DNA of 63,428 nt, the filler included, from Rhabdomonas costata (lineage: Eukaryota): assembly GCA_019059605.1 (NCBI GenBank). It is 55 parts of 55 records of this genome, joined end to end, with 100 filler letters (N's around TTAATTAATTAA, not from the genome) between each part and the next. Parts side by side here need not be neighbours in the genome. Positions count along the whole stretch, not along the records: positions 50,825 to 51,879 come from JAHMHO010031118.1; positions 51,980 to 53,034 come from JAHMHO010031119.1; positions 53,135 to 54,189 come from JAHMHO010031120.1; positions 54,290 to 55,344 come from JAHMHO010031121.1; positions 55,445 to 56,498 come from JAHMHO010031122.1; positions 56,599 to 57,654 come from JAHMHO010031123.1; positions 57,755 to 58,809 come from JAHMHO010031124.1; positions 58,910 to 59,964 come from JAHMHO010031125.1; 47 more parts are not named here. One strand, written 5' to 3'. Under the pieces are notes generated by a model, which worked only from the letters and a program-made list of their open reading frames with translations, was not told the origin of the DNA and ran no database searches. Position numbers and translations under genes: made by a program. Shown piece by piece: positions 50,982 through 63,428 of this stretch. Within the stretch, counting starts at the first letter, position 1; the number at the start of each line of letters is the position of its first letter.

Positions 50982-53765
50982 GTATGGATCCGTCTCTCAG
51001 TCTCTCTCTTTCTCTCTGTACGCGCCTGGGAATGGGAGCGTGGCTGTGACATGTGGACACGAACCTGTCCTTGAGAAGAATCCGGAGAAATGTGAGCTCT
51101 CGTGTAACGTGCGGGAGAGGACGCAGTTTTTACCCAGCTCTTCGTGGTGGCCGATGCTAATCCCGGAACCTGTCCTGCCCTCCCTTAAAGGCTCGCCTTC
51201 TTCCGGCCTCTTGCGCCTCAGATTAAGTTCGAGTCAAATGAAACCCCCCGACCGCAGGTATGCATCAGAAAGTAACGTTCGAAGATGGACTTCTCAGAAG
51301 TTCGACACGCTGGTATTGGAGAGGAAGCAGTCGAAAACGCAGAATGTCGTGTACTTAAAAGACGGTTTGAAAGAACGCAGACGTCGCCTCGTCAACCCAT
51401 GGGCGGTTATCTGGGAGTGGGGCACATGCATCCCCATGCCTTTTGTCTGTCCCGTCGATCCCGGTCGAAGTCATTCTTCCTGCATCCACCAAAACCGGCT
51501 CCACTCGATCATTCTGTGCCCTCACAATACAATCCTCGCCTTCAGCACCGGTAGCAGTGCCTGATCAAAGGAATGCACACTTTTGCATCTGGCCTTCATC
51601 GTCGCTACGCTCCTGCTTGGTTTTGGTTTTGGTTTTGGTTTTGGTTTTGGTTTTGGTATCGGGTTTGGTATTCGTGGGGTGGCCGGGGTGGCTGTTTTTC
51701 TAGCCGCTTGCTCCGATCGGTTAGTTGCTAATGTAATCTGCGGTATTTGGTAGTCGGGGCTGAGTTGTAGCTTCAGGCACGCAATCTAACGGGCTCTTCA
51801 GGTGCTCTCAGGATCTGGGGATCACCTGAAGAGCCCGTTAGATTGCGTGCCTGAAGCTACAACTCACCCACAAACAACCNNNNNNNNNNNNNNNNNNNNN
51901 NNNNNNNNNNNNNNNNNNNNNNNTTAATTAATTAANNNNNNNNNNNNNNNNNNNNNNNNNNNNNNNNNNNNNNNNNNNNGGTTTTGGGTGCATCCTTTTT
52001 GTTCTCCTTTGCTCTTCCTTGTGGGATCAGGGATCATCTTTTTTTCGTTACCCCAGGCTATTGCAGAACTTACTTCTTTATCGAGCGAGGCTGTTCGGCT
52101 CTCTTTCCTGAAGCTGGTGTACACTCTTTGTCTGAAGCTGGAGGTCGCCTCGATTCCACCCTTGTTTCTGCTTCTTGGACGATAGAGAGCAGGGTACCCA
52201 TTTCAAGACGAACTGCTTGTTTTTCTCATCTCATGGAACAGCTGTATGTCACTCCAGGAAAACGATGGCTACATGAACTATTTCCTGAACCGGACGAGTG
52301 AAGGGTCGCCGCGGTGCGTTCTGCTGAGCTGGTTGCTGCCTTACCTTGCGTCTCCGGCGCACGCGTCCCTTCAGCTGCCACAGCAACAAGAGAATAACCG
52401 ATGGGAACTTCAAAATGATCATAATATCCCCCTGGAGGTGCAATTCTTTTTCTTTCGCCTTAGATTTTGTTGCGCTGCTTCATGTTTGTCCGTCGGAGTC
52501 TTGGTTTCGGTGCAGCCTGAGGAGCTTGCATTGGAAGCGATGCTTTGCGTTTGGCGCACCAAGCCAACGGTGTCACAACCCCTTTTGGTCCAAGCAGGGG
52601 TACCTGAGGTAGTGGTGGAGGCCCTGGCCCGGCTTTACCGTCGGTGCTGCCGTGGACCAAGGTATGTTTTTCCTTTCAAGCTGAGTTCAAGAACTCTGTA
52701 CCTGACGGTGCTTGACTTCTTTGCGTGCGTGTCCCCGAAGTGCATCGGATTTATTTCCACTTCGCGCCACTTCGTTCTCTTTGAAGCAGTCACATTGAAT
52801 CTTTCGTGTTGGAAGGTGTAGCTTTATTTTCTTCCAGCATTTTGCGATGAGATTGCAAGCAATGCTGAAATGTTGTTCCGACCTCCATGCACCCATCACC
52901 AGTAAGTGTTGCGCGACGTCCACCCCGGTCACTTGACAGTCAATACAAAGTGCTACTCTGAGACAACCGGGCAATATCATATTAAATGAGCGTCTGCGAA
53001 TATTTTGGTACTTCGGGGTGTTAACACACCCCACNNNNNNNNNNNNNNNNNNNNNNNNNNNNNNNNNNNNNNNNNNNNTTAATTAATTAANNNNNNNNNN
53101 NNNNNNNNNNNNNNNNNNNNNNNNNNNNNNNNNNGGATTTTTGGGGGGAACAGGCCTATCCTTTGTGCGTGTCCTGAATCTCTTGTGACCACCCTAGTCT
53201 GCTTTGTGTGAAAACCCTGCCGTTGCTTTCAGAGAAATCGGGGGATGGCTGCGTTGTATGTGTTATGCTCCGTTTTTTTTTTGAAGATTCATCGCGTTTG
53301 GGCTTTTCTTGACTGCAATCGCATGGAATATAATACCTTGGTTGGGAAGGAAATTCTTGCCGACAACATGTCGCTTTCAGAGCCCTAATTCGAGGTGCTA
53401 TGAGGTATGGGTATGAGTGTGCCCTGGCCACCCACGCGGACAACAATGGGACCGCTTTAGAGGTGGGCTTTGTTACGTCGTTGGCTGGTCAGGGTTGCAA
53501 GGACTGGCCTTTTGGAGCAATTCGTTTGGAAAGACGAGGAGACAACTTCCGAAACTCACCACCATTTCTTAGCAGAATTTTTAATTGCTCTCTGGCCTTG
53601 ATTATCTTCAATGTTCTCCTGTTCCGCATTTGTGTGGGTCTCCTGTTCCCATTATCCCAGCAGCGATCGTTTGCTTGTCTTGTCCCCACACATTGGGGAT
53701 TTCTTATAACTGTACAATGAGCGTTGACATTCACATCTGAGTGAGATTGGTTCATCCCTGAGCCC

Positions 53766-53867
53766 ATGAACTCCGCCGACGTTGCCTCGGTCGACGCGCT
53801 TTGCGCGGCGGTGTACCAGGGCAGCAACATTGACCGCCAGCATGCGGAGCAGCAGCTCAGCACACTG
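53766..53867 (+). CDS. Importin-beta/exportin family N-terminus (exportin-7-like), first exon
   Basis: MNSADVASVDALCAAVYQGSNIDRQHAEQQLSTL| resembles LExLCxxLY...RxxAExxL. Confidence 0.55.
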
Positions 53868-54924
53868 GTCTGCCCCCGCTGCAGACCCCCCCCCCTGCTT
53901 GCTGCCTTCAGGCTTGGTAGCAAAGGGTAACGCCATCAAAGTCCAAATCGGGCATCATTTTGGTTTCGTTTTTCAACGTTACAAATGGCCTGACCTTACT
54001 CCTTTCTTCTCCCCTCATCCAATGTGCAGCGGGCGTGCGTCCAGAACTAAAGTATCGAGCACAAGGTGTTTCCCAGGTGTTTCATGGCACGTCATCACGA
54101 AGAGTGTAACCACTCTCCCTCATTTTCTTCTGGAAGGCCTCCTCGAGTGGTGTGGTCCGCCTCGTGGAGCTGGCGACCGCCCCACTCAANNNNNNNNNNN
54201 NNNNNNNNNNNNNNNNNNNNNNNNNNNNNNNNNTTAATTAATTAANNNNNNNNNNNNNNNNNNNNNNNNNNNNNNNNNNNNNNNNNNNNGTGTTGTGGGT
54301 ATTACTCAACACATCTGGAAGCTTAAAGGCGGATGCCTCATTCTCCCATGGAGACCTTTCAGGTGAAGAAACGCATTGGAGTTGTTAGAAGGTGCTCTTC
54401 GAAACAGATTTGCTCAGTTAGCTCTTCTAGACTGTTTTTCTTTCAACAAAATCATGCCTGCTTCCAAAGTCACTCCAAATCAAAATTCAGCATACTCATT
54501 CAACACTCGGCTTAATCAAAAAAAAGTATGGTACACCACCCCAGCAAACTCAGAAAAGGATAAATCCCCCTATTCCATTGGCATGTTTTCTTACCACAAA
54601 GAAATACCGTTGTCTGTGTTGAAATGCTACGTAAAGAAGACAGTTCGAGCTGAAGCACTTTTGCTCAAGATTTTCTTTTTACACCGGAGCTTATTTTGAA
54701 TCGAACAGATGATTCTGTGACGGGAGTCTTTTGGGGAAGTGTATGCTAACCTAAAACCAGTGAGGTAGAGTATCAATGTTGGAACCTTACATTACTTAAC
54801 TGCACCCCAAAACGGACACGCGAGGCTGAAGAGAAGTCATCGCAGAACGGCGACTAATAGCTACTTGGCCACTCGCATTCTCGCATTACCCCCCACCCCA
54901 CACACATGCACAAATCTGGCACAC

Positions 54925-55107
54925 CGCTGGTACACCCCGACAGCACAAAGGTTCCTCGGGAAGACCTGCACGTCTTCGTGACGGTGCCGCTGTATCTCGA
55001 GCCGCAGGAGAGCCCCCCACAGCTTCCCGGGGAAACGTACCCCTCACAGCCGCTGCCGGTGTAGTCATAACCCGAGGGCAAAGGGAACGCCAGGGCACAG
55101 ACCCAAT
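54925..55107 (-). CDS. Cysteine-rich extracellular module, one symmetric phase 1-1 exon
   Basis: WVCALAFPLPSGYDYTGSGCEG...CGGLSCGSRYSGTVTKTC...GTFVLSGCTS; 183 nt between cag| and |gtgtgc. Confidence 0.65.
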
Positions 55108-55604
55108 CTGCCACAAGTGCACATAAGGTGAGGGAGGTGAGGGTGAGGGCGGGTGATTCGGAAAAATGTAATTAAAGCCCGAACTGTATTCTGACTGATC
55201 ATACTTGACCATATTTTTATCACTCTTCGTTTTGGCAAAGAGCGCGCTGACAAAAACGAATAGTAACAGTTACCAATTAATGGAACCCGGAAAAAACAAG
55301 ATGAGGGGAAGAGCTTCCAGGATGCCTACCAGCACAGCAGTCCGNNNNNNNNNNNNNNNNNNNNNNNNNNNNNNNNNNNNNNNNNNNNTTAATTAATTAA
55401 NNNNNNNNNNNNNNNNNNNNNNNNNNNNNNNNNNNNNNNNNNNNTGTGGTGGGTACGCAAAAGTTCGGGTTTGAACTCAGCCATGTGTTGTGGTGCAGTT
55501 CTTAGTTTACGGGGTAACGTACTTTACAAAGTAGACCGGGGGAGGAGTGCCTCCCCGTCCTCATATAACTAATCATCATCCTTACCCTTTCGGGTGTGTC
55601 CCAG

Positions 55605-56180
55605 GAAGCTCCGGCAGAGGCTTCGAGTGATGGCGGCCCGCCTGACCGATGTGCAGGTCGCGGTGGAGCTCTCCGATGCCATCGCAACGTTTGACGTGGA
55701 GAAGATGGCCTTCCTGGAGGCCCTTGAGGTTGCGTTGCGGGAGAAGCGTGGCAAGCGTTTTAGGGCACTCCTGTCACGTTCCCCTCGAACTGAGGCATAA
55801 TTCACTTTGTCCCGGAGTAATGCAAAGAGATGAGGAAATTGGAGTGTGATCCGATTTTCCCTGGAGAGTAATGGTCTTTCGTGGATGGATTTTTGTGGTT
55901 GTGGGACAATCTTTTTTTCTTCATGGAATACACCCCAGAATGCACCCCTTGCCGTGCTCAGCCCCCATATTTATTTCGGGATTGTCTTTTTTTGTCTTTG
56001 GTTTGGTTTCCGCAGAAGCCTACGCCGACGCAGAGCTGTTGCCTGCGGATCTACCAGACCCTACGAATGGTGAAGCGGTACATCCCCCAGGCCGTGCTGG
56101 CAGAGCTGCAGAGTGGACCGGACGCAAGTGACGGGGCTGAGGAAGAGGAGGCGGGCTCGCAAGGATCGCCACACCACCTG
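55605..56180 (+). CDS. Probable juxtamembrane/linker region of a receptor-type cyclase; exons 55605-55728, 56016-~56180
   Basis: DAIATFDVEKM...|...IYQTLRMVKRYIPQAVL; the RY(I/L/V)P motif typically precedes class III cyclase domains. Confidence 0.45.
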
Positions 56181-56894
56181 GCACAAATTGTTTGCTCCAC
56201 CTCCCACACTTATCTCCACACCTTTCTAGTCATTATCCCTCTGCAGAAATAATTATTGGTAGTTAGGGAGTGGGGGGTTTTTCCACCTTCATTTCCATTT
56301 TTCGCAAAAAAAAAAAAACGGAGCTGAAGAAAAAAGAAACACTGGTTTTCCCAAAGCACCCGGGGTTTTCCGTCCGAAAATGGCTCTCCTAATGGTCCTA
56401 ATTTAGCATTTCACGTAGTGAGTGTGCTGGGCAAAGGTTCACTATGGTTGCAATGAGATTGGAGGAGATTTGGGTGCAATTATGAGCTGAGTTCTTCTNN
56501 NNNNNNNNNNNNNNNNNNNNNNNNNNNNNNNNNNNNNNNNNNTTAATTAATTAANNNNNNNNNNNNNNNNNNNNNNNNNNNNNNNNNNNNNNNNNNNNTG
56601 TTGTGTGTAACAGTGCGGGACGTCTTTTGCAGTTCAAAAAGCTCAGGAGGAGAAGAAGGAGAAGGAAGCACAGGAGCTTCAGCAGATGATCGAGGTGCAA
56701 TGTGGACGAGCATCATCCGTTTTTTTTTGCTTCCCTTGCCCACCCGGGCAATTCGAAATTCCGGCTTGACCAACTTCAGTCAACCCACTTCATACCTCTC
56801 ATCTTCCCGTCGTACTTCGCGGATATTACTATTAGGTGTTCAGCAAATTTGGGGCCTTTTTTCGCTCTTTATCTTGCACATTTCTCTCCTCCAG

Positions 56895-57179
56895 AAAGAA
56901 ACTCGTGAGGCGATCAACGCTTGGCGGAACAAGCTAGAGTCCATGAAAAAGGTGAGAATGAGCACATTCCACGCATCAGCATCAAGTGCTTTCGAGCGAG
57001 CTGAAAGAACCTGGATGTGCTTCTTTTTCCGACGCACAGCAACTGGCGGACGCCCGCAAGGAAACAGAGCGGCTGAAAAAAGCACTGGATGGCTGCAAAG
57101 CTGAAAAGGAGAAAGAGACGGAGGACCTCACCAATGCCGCAAAGAAGAAAAAGAAGGAGAGAAGAACGGCAGAAGAGGT

Positions 57180-57224
<45 letters not shown>

Positions 57225-57630
57225 AGCATTGTACCAGAGACTTGTGGCAAGGTTTTGGACTTTGCGTTTGCATGTTTCCTGCAGAAAATTGAGAAGCTGA
57301 AGGTTGAACTCGCGGAGTGCATTGAAAGCAAAAAGAAAGTGGACGCGGTGTGCCACTCACCCGATTCCGCTGTTCGGATGAGATTACTGATCTCGTTACT
57401 GATCTCCATTTCGTGCATACCTGCATATAAGGCCATTTGTGGATTACCGTTGAAACTCTTTTTATTTTCATTTCAAATTATTCCTCAGCAGATGCAAAAG
57501 TCCAGGCTGCAAAGAACGCAAAAAGTACGCAATAGTTAGCTCCTGCAAAACCTCTCTCTCCTTTTTTTTCTTCAGGAAATCGCAGTGAAAGAGAAGGAGT
57601 TTCAAGAGACTTCTGGCGCCGAGGAGGCCT
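56895..57630 (+). CDS. Coiled-coil protein, several short exons
   Basis: K/E-rich blocks (KETREAINAWRNKLESMKK; QLADARKETERLKK...; KIEKLKVELAECIESKKK) each bounded by cag| and |gt. Confidence 0.6.
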
Positions 57631-58049
57631 CTTGGTGTGCCCACCCCCCCCACCNNNNNNNNNNNNNNNNNNNNNNNNNNNNNNNNNNNNNNNNNNNNTT
57701 AATTAATTAANNNNNNNNNNNNNNNNNNNNNNNNNNNNNNNNNNNNNNNNNNNNTTGTGTTGAGAGGTCGGATAGAATTTTACGTTTTTCGAGGATGAAA
57801 TCTCTTTTTTAATGTTTTTACCATGTAGTTGCCGAAACTCGGTGATGATGTACAGCAGCAGAGAGGAGAGATATATTGTCTCATCGACTCATCGACTTTG
57901 AGCGAGAGTCTCAACCCTGCTCTCTGTGGATTACTGCATCACCTTCAACTTCACCTTCACGTTCGCACTGCACAGCGTCATCCTTCTCCTGCTGGAAGGA
58001 GATCCCTGAGAAAACATGGCGCAAAGGCCACGTGTGAGGTGGATGCGAC

Positions 58050-58235
58050 CTGAGTGTTCGCAGTGCAGTTCGCAGGGCTCCCGCCGTCATCCATGGAGTG
58101 CAGCGCCAGGCGGTAGCCAAAGACTCCGCCCTGGGCATTCTTCTGCGCGAACGCCGCAAGGATGCCGTCCCGCACGGCTGCCCCGTAAGCCCCCCAGGGC
58201 CCACTCAGCGCCACGGACTGCCCGAAGAGCAGCAC
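58050..58235 (-). CDS. Type-I periplasmic-binding-protein (LivK/LivJ-like) ligand-binding domain, one exon
   Basis: LLFGQSVALSGPWGAYGAAVRDGILAAF...NAQGGVFGYRLALHSMDDG; bounded by aag| and |gtcgca, 62 codons. Confidence 0.88.
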
Positions 58236-60600
58236 CTTTTATTTTTCGGAGGGTAGGTTTCTCAGTATATCTATGGTTACTGGGGCTCAATCAAGAAATC
58301 CATGAGAGGGATGTAGTCTCTCGGTCGCGAAAACCAGCCCTTTTACTTGTCGGAGTTCGTTTGGAGGCAAAATGCAAGCATCCTCAACCCCTCGATGAGC
58401 CTTTTCGAACAGATTTTGACTCTAGAGGGCTTGCACATGGAGGACAAAACTCTTCTGGACAATCTCTCTTCCCTCAATGACATTTAGATCCCAGCGGCTT
58501 TTCCTTCTGTGGTAAACTTTTGGAGTTGTGCCGCACAATAACAACGTCCAAGTTCCGCCTGCTCCGGCCGCGCCGCGGCGCTTGGCCACCAATCCGAAGC
58601 TAACACTACCTCGCTCGCCCACCCAAATCCCAGCCACAGGTTGTTCTTAATCCGAAAGTAATTCTGAAGTGCTGACCAAAATCACACCTCCAGAGCACAG
58701 ACACCGTTCACCTAACTTTCTCGCACTCAACCCCTTGCACGAAGTCACTTCAAGAGTGCAAGAATATTCCATTTCCCGAGCCACCCCAAACCCCACCCAC
58801 ACCCAACACNNNNNNNNNNNNNNNNNNNNNNNNNNNNNNNNNNNNNNNNNNNNTTAATTAATTAANNNNNNNNNNNNNNNNNNNNNNNNNNNNNNNNNNN
58901 NNNNNNNNNTTTTGGGCATGTTGTGAATTCACCGGGGCTGTATTTGGGCAGGTGTGGGTCAGCTTGTGTTGGTGTTGGTGTCGGTCAGCTATGATATCTC
59001 CGTCTTCCTTTGTCGTTACTGGGTGGGTCCATGGGGTTGCGGTGGTTCGGGTTCGGCGGAGTGGGTCTGGAGCTGGAGGTGGGGAGTGGGTGAGGGTGTC
59101 GTGTGTGCGTAGGGTGTTGCGTGTTACTAGGATGTTGGCGTGGGCGGGTGTGACTGAGGTGTGCGTGGGGGTTGGGGTCTGTCTCGGGTTCGGCTTCTGC
59201 GTTGGTGCTGGGAACATCTTCGGTTTCGGTTTCGGTTTCGGCCTTCTGGGTTCGGTTTCGGTCTTCGGTATCCTGGGTTCCGGAGTGCTACTGGGTTCTT
59301 CCGCTGTGTTGCTTTTGAGTTGCTTTCTCGACATATGTGGACACAGGACTATGAGAGCCAAACGTCTCAACCAATATCGTTCTTGCAGCAAACACCAGAA
59401 AACATCGAACACTATGAGAGCTGTCTTGAGCAAGCAGAGTTCCGATAGCGACAATCTGCATACGAAGGCTACCTGACACGCAAAGAGGGAAGGACATGGA
59501 GGAACGGTGACACGCTCACTCAACTCCTAGGCACTGACACCGATTGTGGAAGTGGAGGTCAGCTGGATGGCAACCACACCTTATGGCTATGTCTACCCAG
59601 CCTCCATGAGTGAGGGTGAGGATGTCGATTACGACACTGTGAGCGGAAGTGTGGACCGTCACCTCGTATGCACGCAACATCAGCAGGTCGACACCCCACA
59701 CAGCAGGTAACGAGTAACCTTCGTGGTGTCGTGGGAGGGGAAGTCGTGCGCCCTGACCACCATGGTACTCCCCAACCTACACGTAATATGTACCATGACA
59801 GAACCACCGTAGCGTGTGTGGACAGAGCGTTGCCTAAGCGTGATGTTACGGTGAGGCCCAACCTCCCACGTACGGAGTTGAGGCGGCAGGGTAACGGTGA
59901 GGGTGCAATGCCTACACTCACTCCTACTGCCCGAACACCATACCATAGGACGAGCTGTTGAGGTNNNNNNNNNNNNNNNNNNNNNNNNNNNNNNNNNNNN
60001 NNNNNNNNTTAATTAATTAANNNNNNNNNNNNNNNNNNNNNNNNNNNNNNNNNNNNNNNNNNNNGGTGGGGTGTTAGCCCTCTATAGCCCTCTGCACAGA
60101 AAGGGTCGTTAGTAGACAGGGCGAGCGCAGAGGGTGAGCTCCCTAGAACCGCCGTATAGTTTGCTTTTGGTTTGAGGGTTCCCAACAACCTCCACCCAGC
60201 AGAGGAGTGATCCGCATCCCCAAGAAGCGGCCAGGCGGCGGAGAAAATTTAAATGCAAAAAAAAAAAGAAAAAAGAAAGCTGGAAGCAAAAAAAAAACCT
60301 CTTTCAAAGCAATGCCTTGTGCACGTGTGTGTGCGTGTATTTCGTTCCTTTGTTTCAGATTCAATATTCAGATGCTTAGACCAACGCTACTCTCGGGCAA
60401 GTGAGCCCCATTTCCACTGATTCCGCCCCGTCTTTTCCGTGAAAACGAGAGGTTCCTACGGGCGCACTTGTTGTCAACCAGCTGTCGCAGTCGCGCGCGC
60501 ACACACACACACAGACAATTTCAAGCTGAACCATTGCCTGCGCTCCTCTATGCGCCTGTCCTTTTCTGTTTCTTGTGGTGTGGGTGTGGGTGCCGTTTAG

Positions 60601-60699
60601 GATTCCGAAGGAAGGACTGCTCTCCACGTCGCCGTTCTCAGCGGCAGCGCGGAGGCCGTGGTGGCTCTTCTCAGGGCCGGCGCCAGCGTGGCCGCACAG
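60601..60699 (+). CDS. Single ankyrin repeat encoded by one 99-nt exon (absent from ORF track)
   Basis: tag|DSEGRTALHVAVLSGSAEAVVALLRAGASVAAQ|gttggc. Confidence 0.85.
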
Positions 60700-63428
60700 G
60701 TTGGCTGTGAGTGTGCATATTTGTGATACGTGTCTCGTGTGCGACCATTGACTGTTGGCAGGCGGAAGGAGTCGCGGCTGCGCTGCTAGATGCAACTGTG
60801 TCGAGAATCGCACCAGAGACGTGCCATGGGAGTCGAAGGCAATTGGTTGGTCGAAACGTTACTGGGGGAACTGGGGACGGAAAGGAAACGGCAGAAACGG
60901 CAAAAACGGCGGTAAAGGCATCTCGAATCGAGAGGCCAAGTGCCCGCCCGACCTTCGACTGCTCCTCTTGGGAGGAAGTGGGCTACTAGGATACAGTTTT
61001 TCACTTGAATCCGACGATGGTGTGGCTTGTCCCACCGCCCACATCGCACGGCACCATTGAACTGACCTCATATCCATGCAGACTTCTCGCTTCACCCCGC
61101 CCAAGTACAACCACCACACNNNNNNNNNNNNNNNNNNNNNNNNNNNNNNNNNNNNNNNNNNNNTTAATTAATTAANNNNNNNNNNNNNNNNNNNNNNNNN
61201 NNNNNNNNNNNNNNNNNNNGGGTTTTGGGTCGGTCTCCAGGATGGGGGTAATCTGGTCGTAGAATCGAAGCGTGTGCCACATCGCAGTCAAGGCACCAGT
61301 AACGCAGTGCCGGAAGGTCTCAGGACATTGGGGAAGGTCATGGATCTCAAACAGGTGAATCCGAGGTAGCAACGGCTGCCTTGGCGACCGGCGAGGGTGC
61401 GTGCAAGACTGCATCGGGTGCGTTTGCCACTGAGTTGGAATATGAACGCACAAGAAGAACAGGGAACCTGTCGTGCCCCAGAACAACAGAACAAGCACTC
61501 CGAGGAGGTACCAAGCAGCAGAGTTGGATCATGCAGAGACGTACAGTCACAGGTGTGGTGGAGAGTTCACTGTTGTGACATCCATTGACACGCACTGGGA
61601 TTAGAGATCAGTGGGGCAGCGGCTTTACCAAATCAGCGGGCACCATGCCAAATCGAAGTCGACCCCGCTGCCGGTTCTTTTCTCTTTTCTTTTGTGTATG
61701 AGCCGTGGTAATCAATGGGTGGAGGGGGAAATGACCTCAACGCGTCCTGGCTTCTTGCCCGAAGGATACCTATCCTCTCGAGGTACTTATCCTTCCATGC
61801 CATGGACGGGTAGGCCCCTGAAGACTGACCCCTCCCCCCTGCAAGGAGCAATCTTGAATAATCGCGATGCTGACACGCCTTCCTTTTACCTTGAAGCGAT
61901 CCTGCCTTCCCCATTTTTATCAACAGAAGCCAATGAACACACAATAACTCTTGTCCTTGGTGGCACTGCTTTGTGCCCGCCTAAATATCAGCCCCAATTA
62001 ATGCACAACCCGAAGATCCACAAATGCTCGAGTAGAAGTACGGACAATCGGGAAAAGCCCAAATCAACAAAATGCATTGTAATATACATATGAAATAAGC
62101 CTTCGGCGACTAACTTCAAAAGGCTGAACGTCACCGCAAAAAAGGAAAAGGAAGAAACGAAGAAAAAAGGGAGAGACGAAGCAAAAGACAATTAAGCCAC
62201 AACCGTTACAACCGACTCAGACACCAGCACTTGCAATGCATGCAAGGTAAATCCCTGGATTTTTTTCCGATGGNNNNNNNNNNNNNNNNNNNNNNNNNNN
62301 NNNNNNNNNNNNNNNNNTTAATTAATTAANNNNNNNNNNNNNNNNNNNNNNNNNNNNNNNNNNNNNNNNNNNNGGGGGGGTTTTTTCTCACCTTTGACCA
62401 CCTTTCTTTTCTCGAAGTTCGAAGCTGCCCCGTTGACGCCCGCCCCAGATTCGAACTTCGAGAAAAGAAAGGTGGTCAAAGGTGAGAAAGAACCCCTCCC
62501 AAAAAAAAGCTGCATTCGTTAATGCCGGCCGGTTTACACATTTACTCTTTGCAAAACGTTGCCTTTAAGTTTCCGGCACAAACTGTGTTTGATTTTCAAA
62601 AGCAAAATAAGGTGGTTTACGGGCCCCGCCCGGCATAAGCATGTTTGCGCGTTTTGCATTTCATACCGCGGGTTCGTGCATTTTTTTGCAAACGACCCCA
62701 ATTGTTTTTGAATTACCAACGTTTTTACCATCCACAGTTTTCCTTCTGAATTTTCCCTCGCTAGGGGCCCTTTTGACAACCACAACGTCTATCCCGGATA
62801 CCGCGTGGTTAAAATTGGAAGGGCCTGGACGCCAAACCTTGTCAAGCGACCCGCCCTAAAGACTTCAAAGTATCACAGTATTTTGTACCTCACCAACCAC
62901 CCAGCATTTCCCAAAAAAATTGTTCCTTGTAAAGCCTTGTTTGCTTGTTTGCTCGCCGTTTGCCGTTCGCTTTTTGCGCGGTTCTTTGAGCGCCCGTTGT
63001 ACCTGCAAATTGCTCTAATTCTGCGCTTTTTATCCCGCTAATTCAAGTAAACGTTTGTATTTTATCATTTACCCGCGACAAATGAATCGCGCCAACATAC
63101 TTGGCATCTTTCTTCTTGGTACTTTTGCAGTTGAACTTTAAAATTACATCAGAAATATCCGAAATCCATTAGCAGCAACTGAGTGGCTACGTATGAAAAA
63201 ATCTTGTTTTAAATTCAAAAATGAGTGAAGGCGGTTTAAAAATGTTGAGAAAATTGGTGACTTTGAGCTAGATGGCATGTCTGCGCTAAATCCCAACTAC
63301 ATCCAAAACATAGCTGTATCAGCGTAGATTACACATCAGTGGAAACTAAGCCTTCACTCGATTGACGCTATTCACGCTAACCGTGTGAAATGCCATTTGC
63401 TGCGGAATTTACTAATAATAGAACCTCA

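Noticed and set aside
51823-51866. ctgaaga as a hammerhead ribozyme core
   Set aside because: No correctly placed GAAA or stems, and it lies in a fold-back arm.

Overview
This window is not one locus. It is 55 unrelated contigs of about 1.05 kb each, joined by an artificial 100-nt linker (N44-TTAATTAATTAA-N44, stops in all six frames), so no gene neighbourhood can be inferred across linkers. Many contig ends carry G/T-only (5') or C/A-only (3') tags, and at least nine end in fold-back inverted repeats. Both point to a whole-genome-amplified (probably single-cell) library. The DNA is from an intron-rich microbial eukaryote, with short exons, AG acceptors and very variable GT (one likely GC) donors. 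Splicing by eye gives fragments of TMEM41, METTL25/RRNAD1, a papain-family protease, PRCP-like S28 peptidase, Beclin/Atg6, PTB, PARG, EFM7, a carnitine acyltransferase, kelch/ankyrin/WD40 proteins and pieces of receptor-type cyclases (a weak hint at Euglenozoa). Most notable: (1) a Penelope-like retroelement fragment with a GIY-YIG nuclease apparently upstream of the RT (Naiad/Chlamys-type order); (2) a metacaspase with p10-before-p20 (type III-like) order; (3) an intronless kelch + coiled-coil + possible ADP-ribosyltransferase protein; (4) a decayed CRE/SLACS-like RT. All family calls rest on recalled motifs; no database search was run. No rRNA, tRNA or CRISPR array was recognised, and no complete new multi-gene system can be demonstrated from 1-kb pieces.
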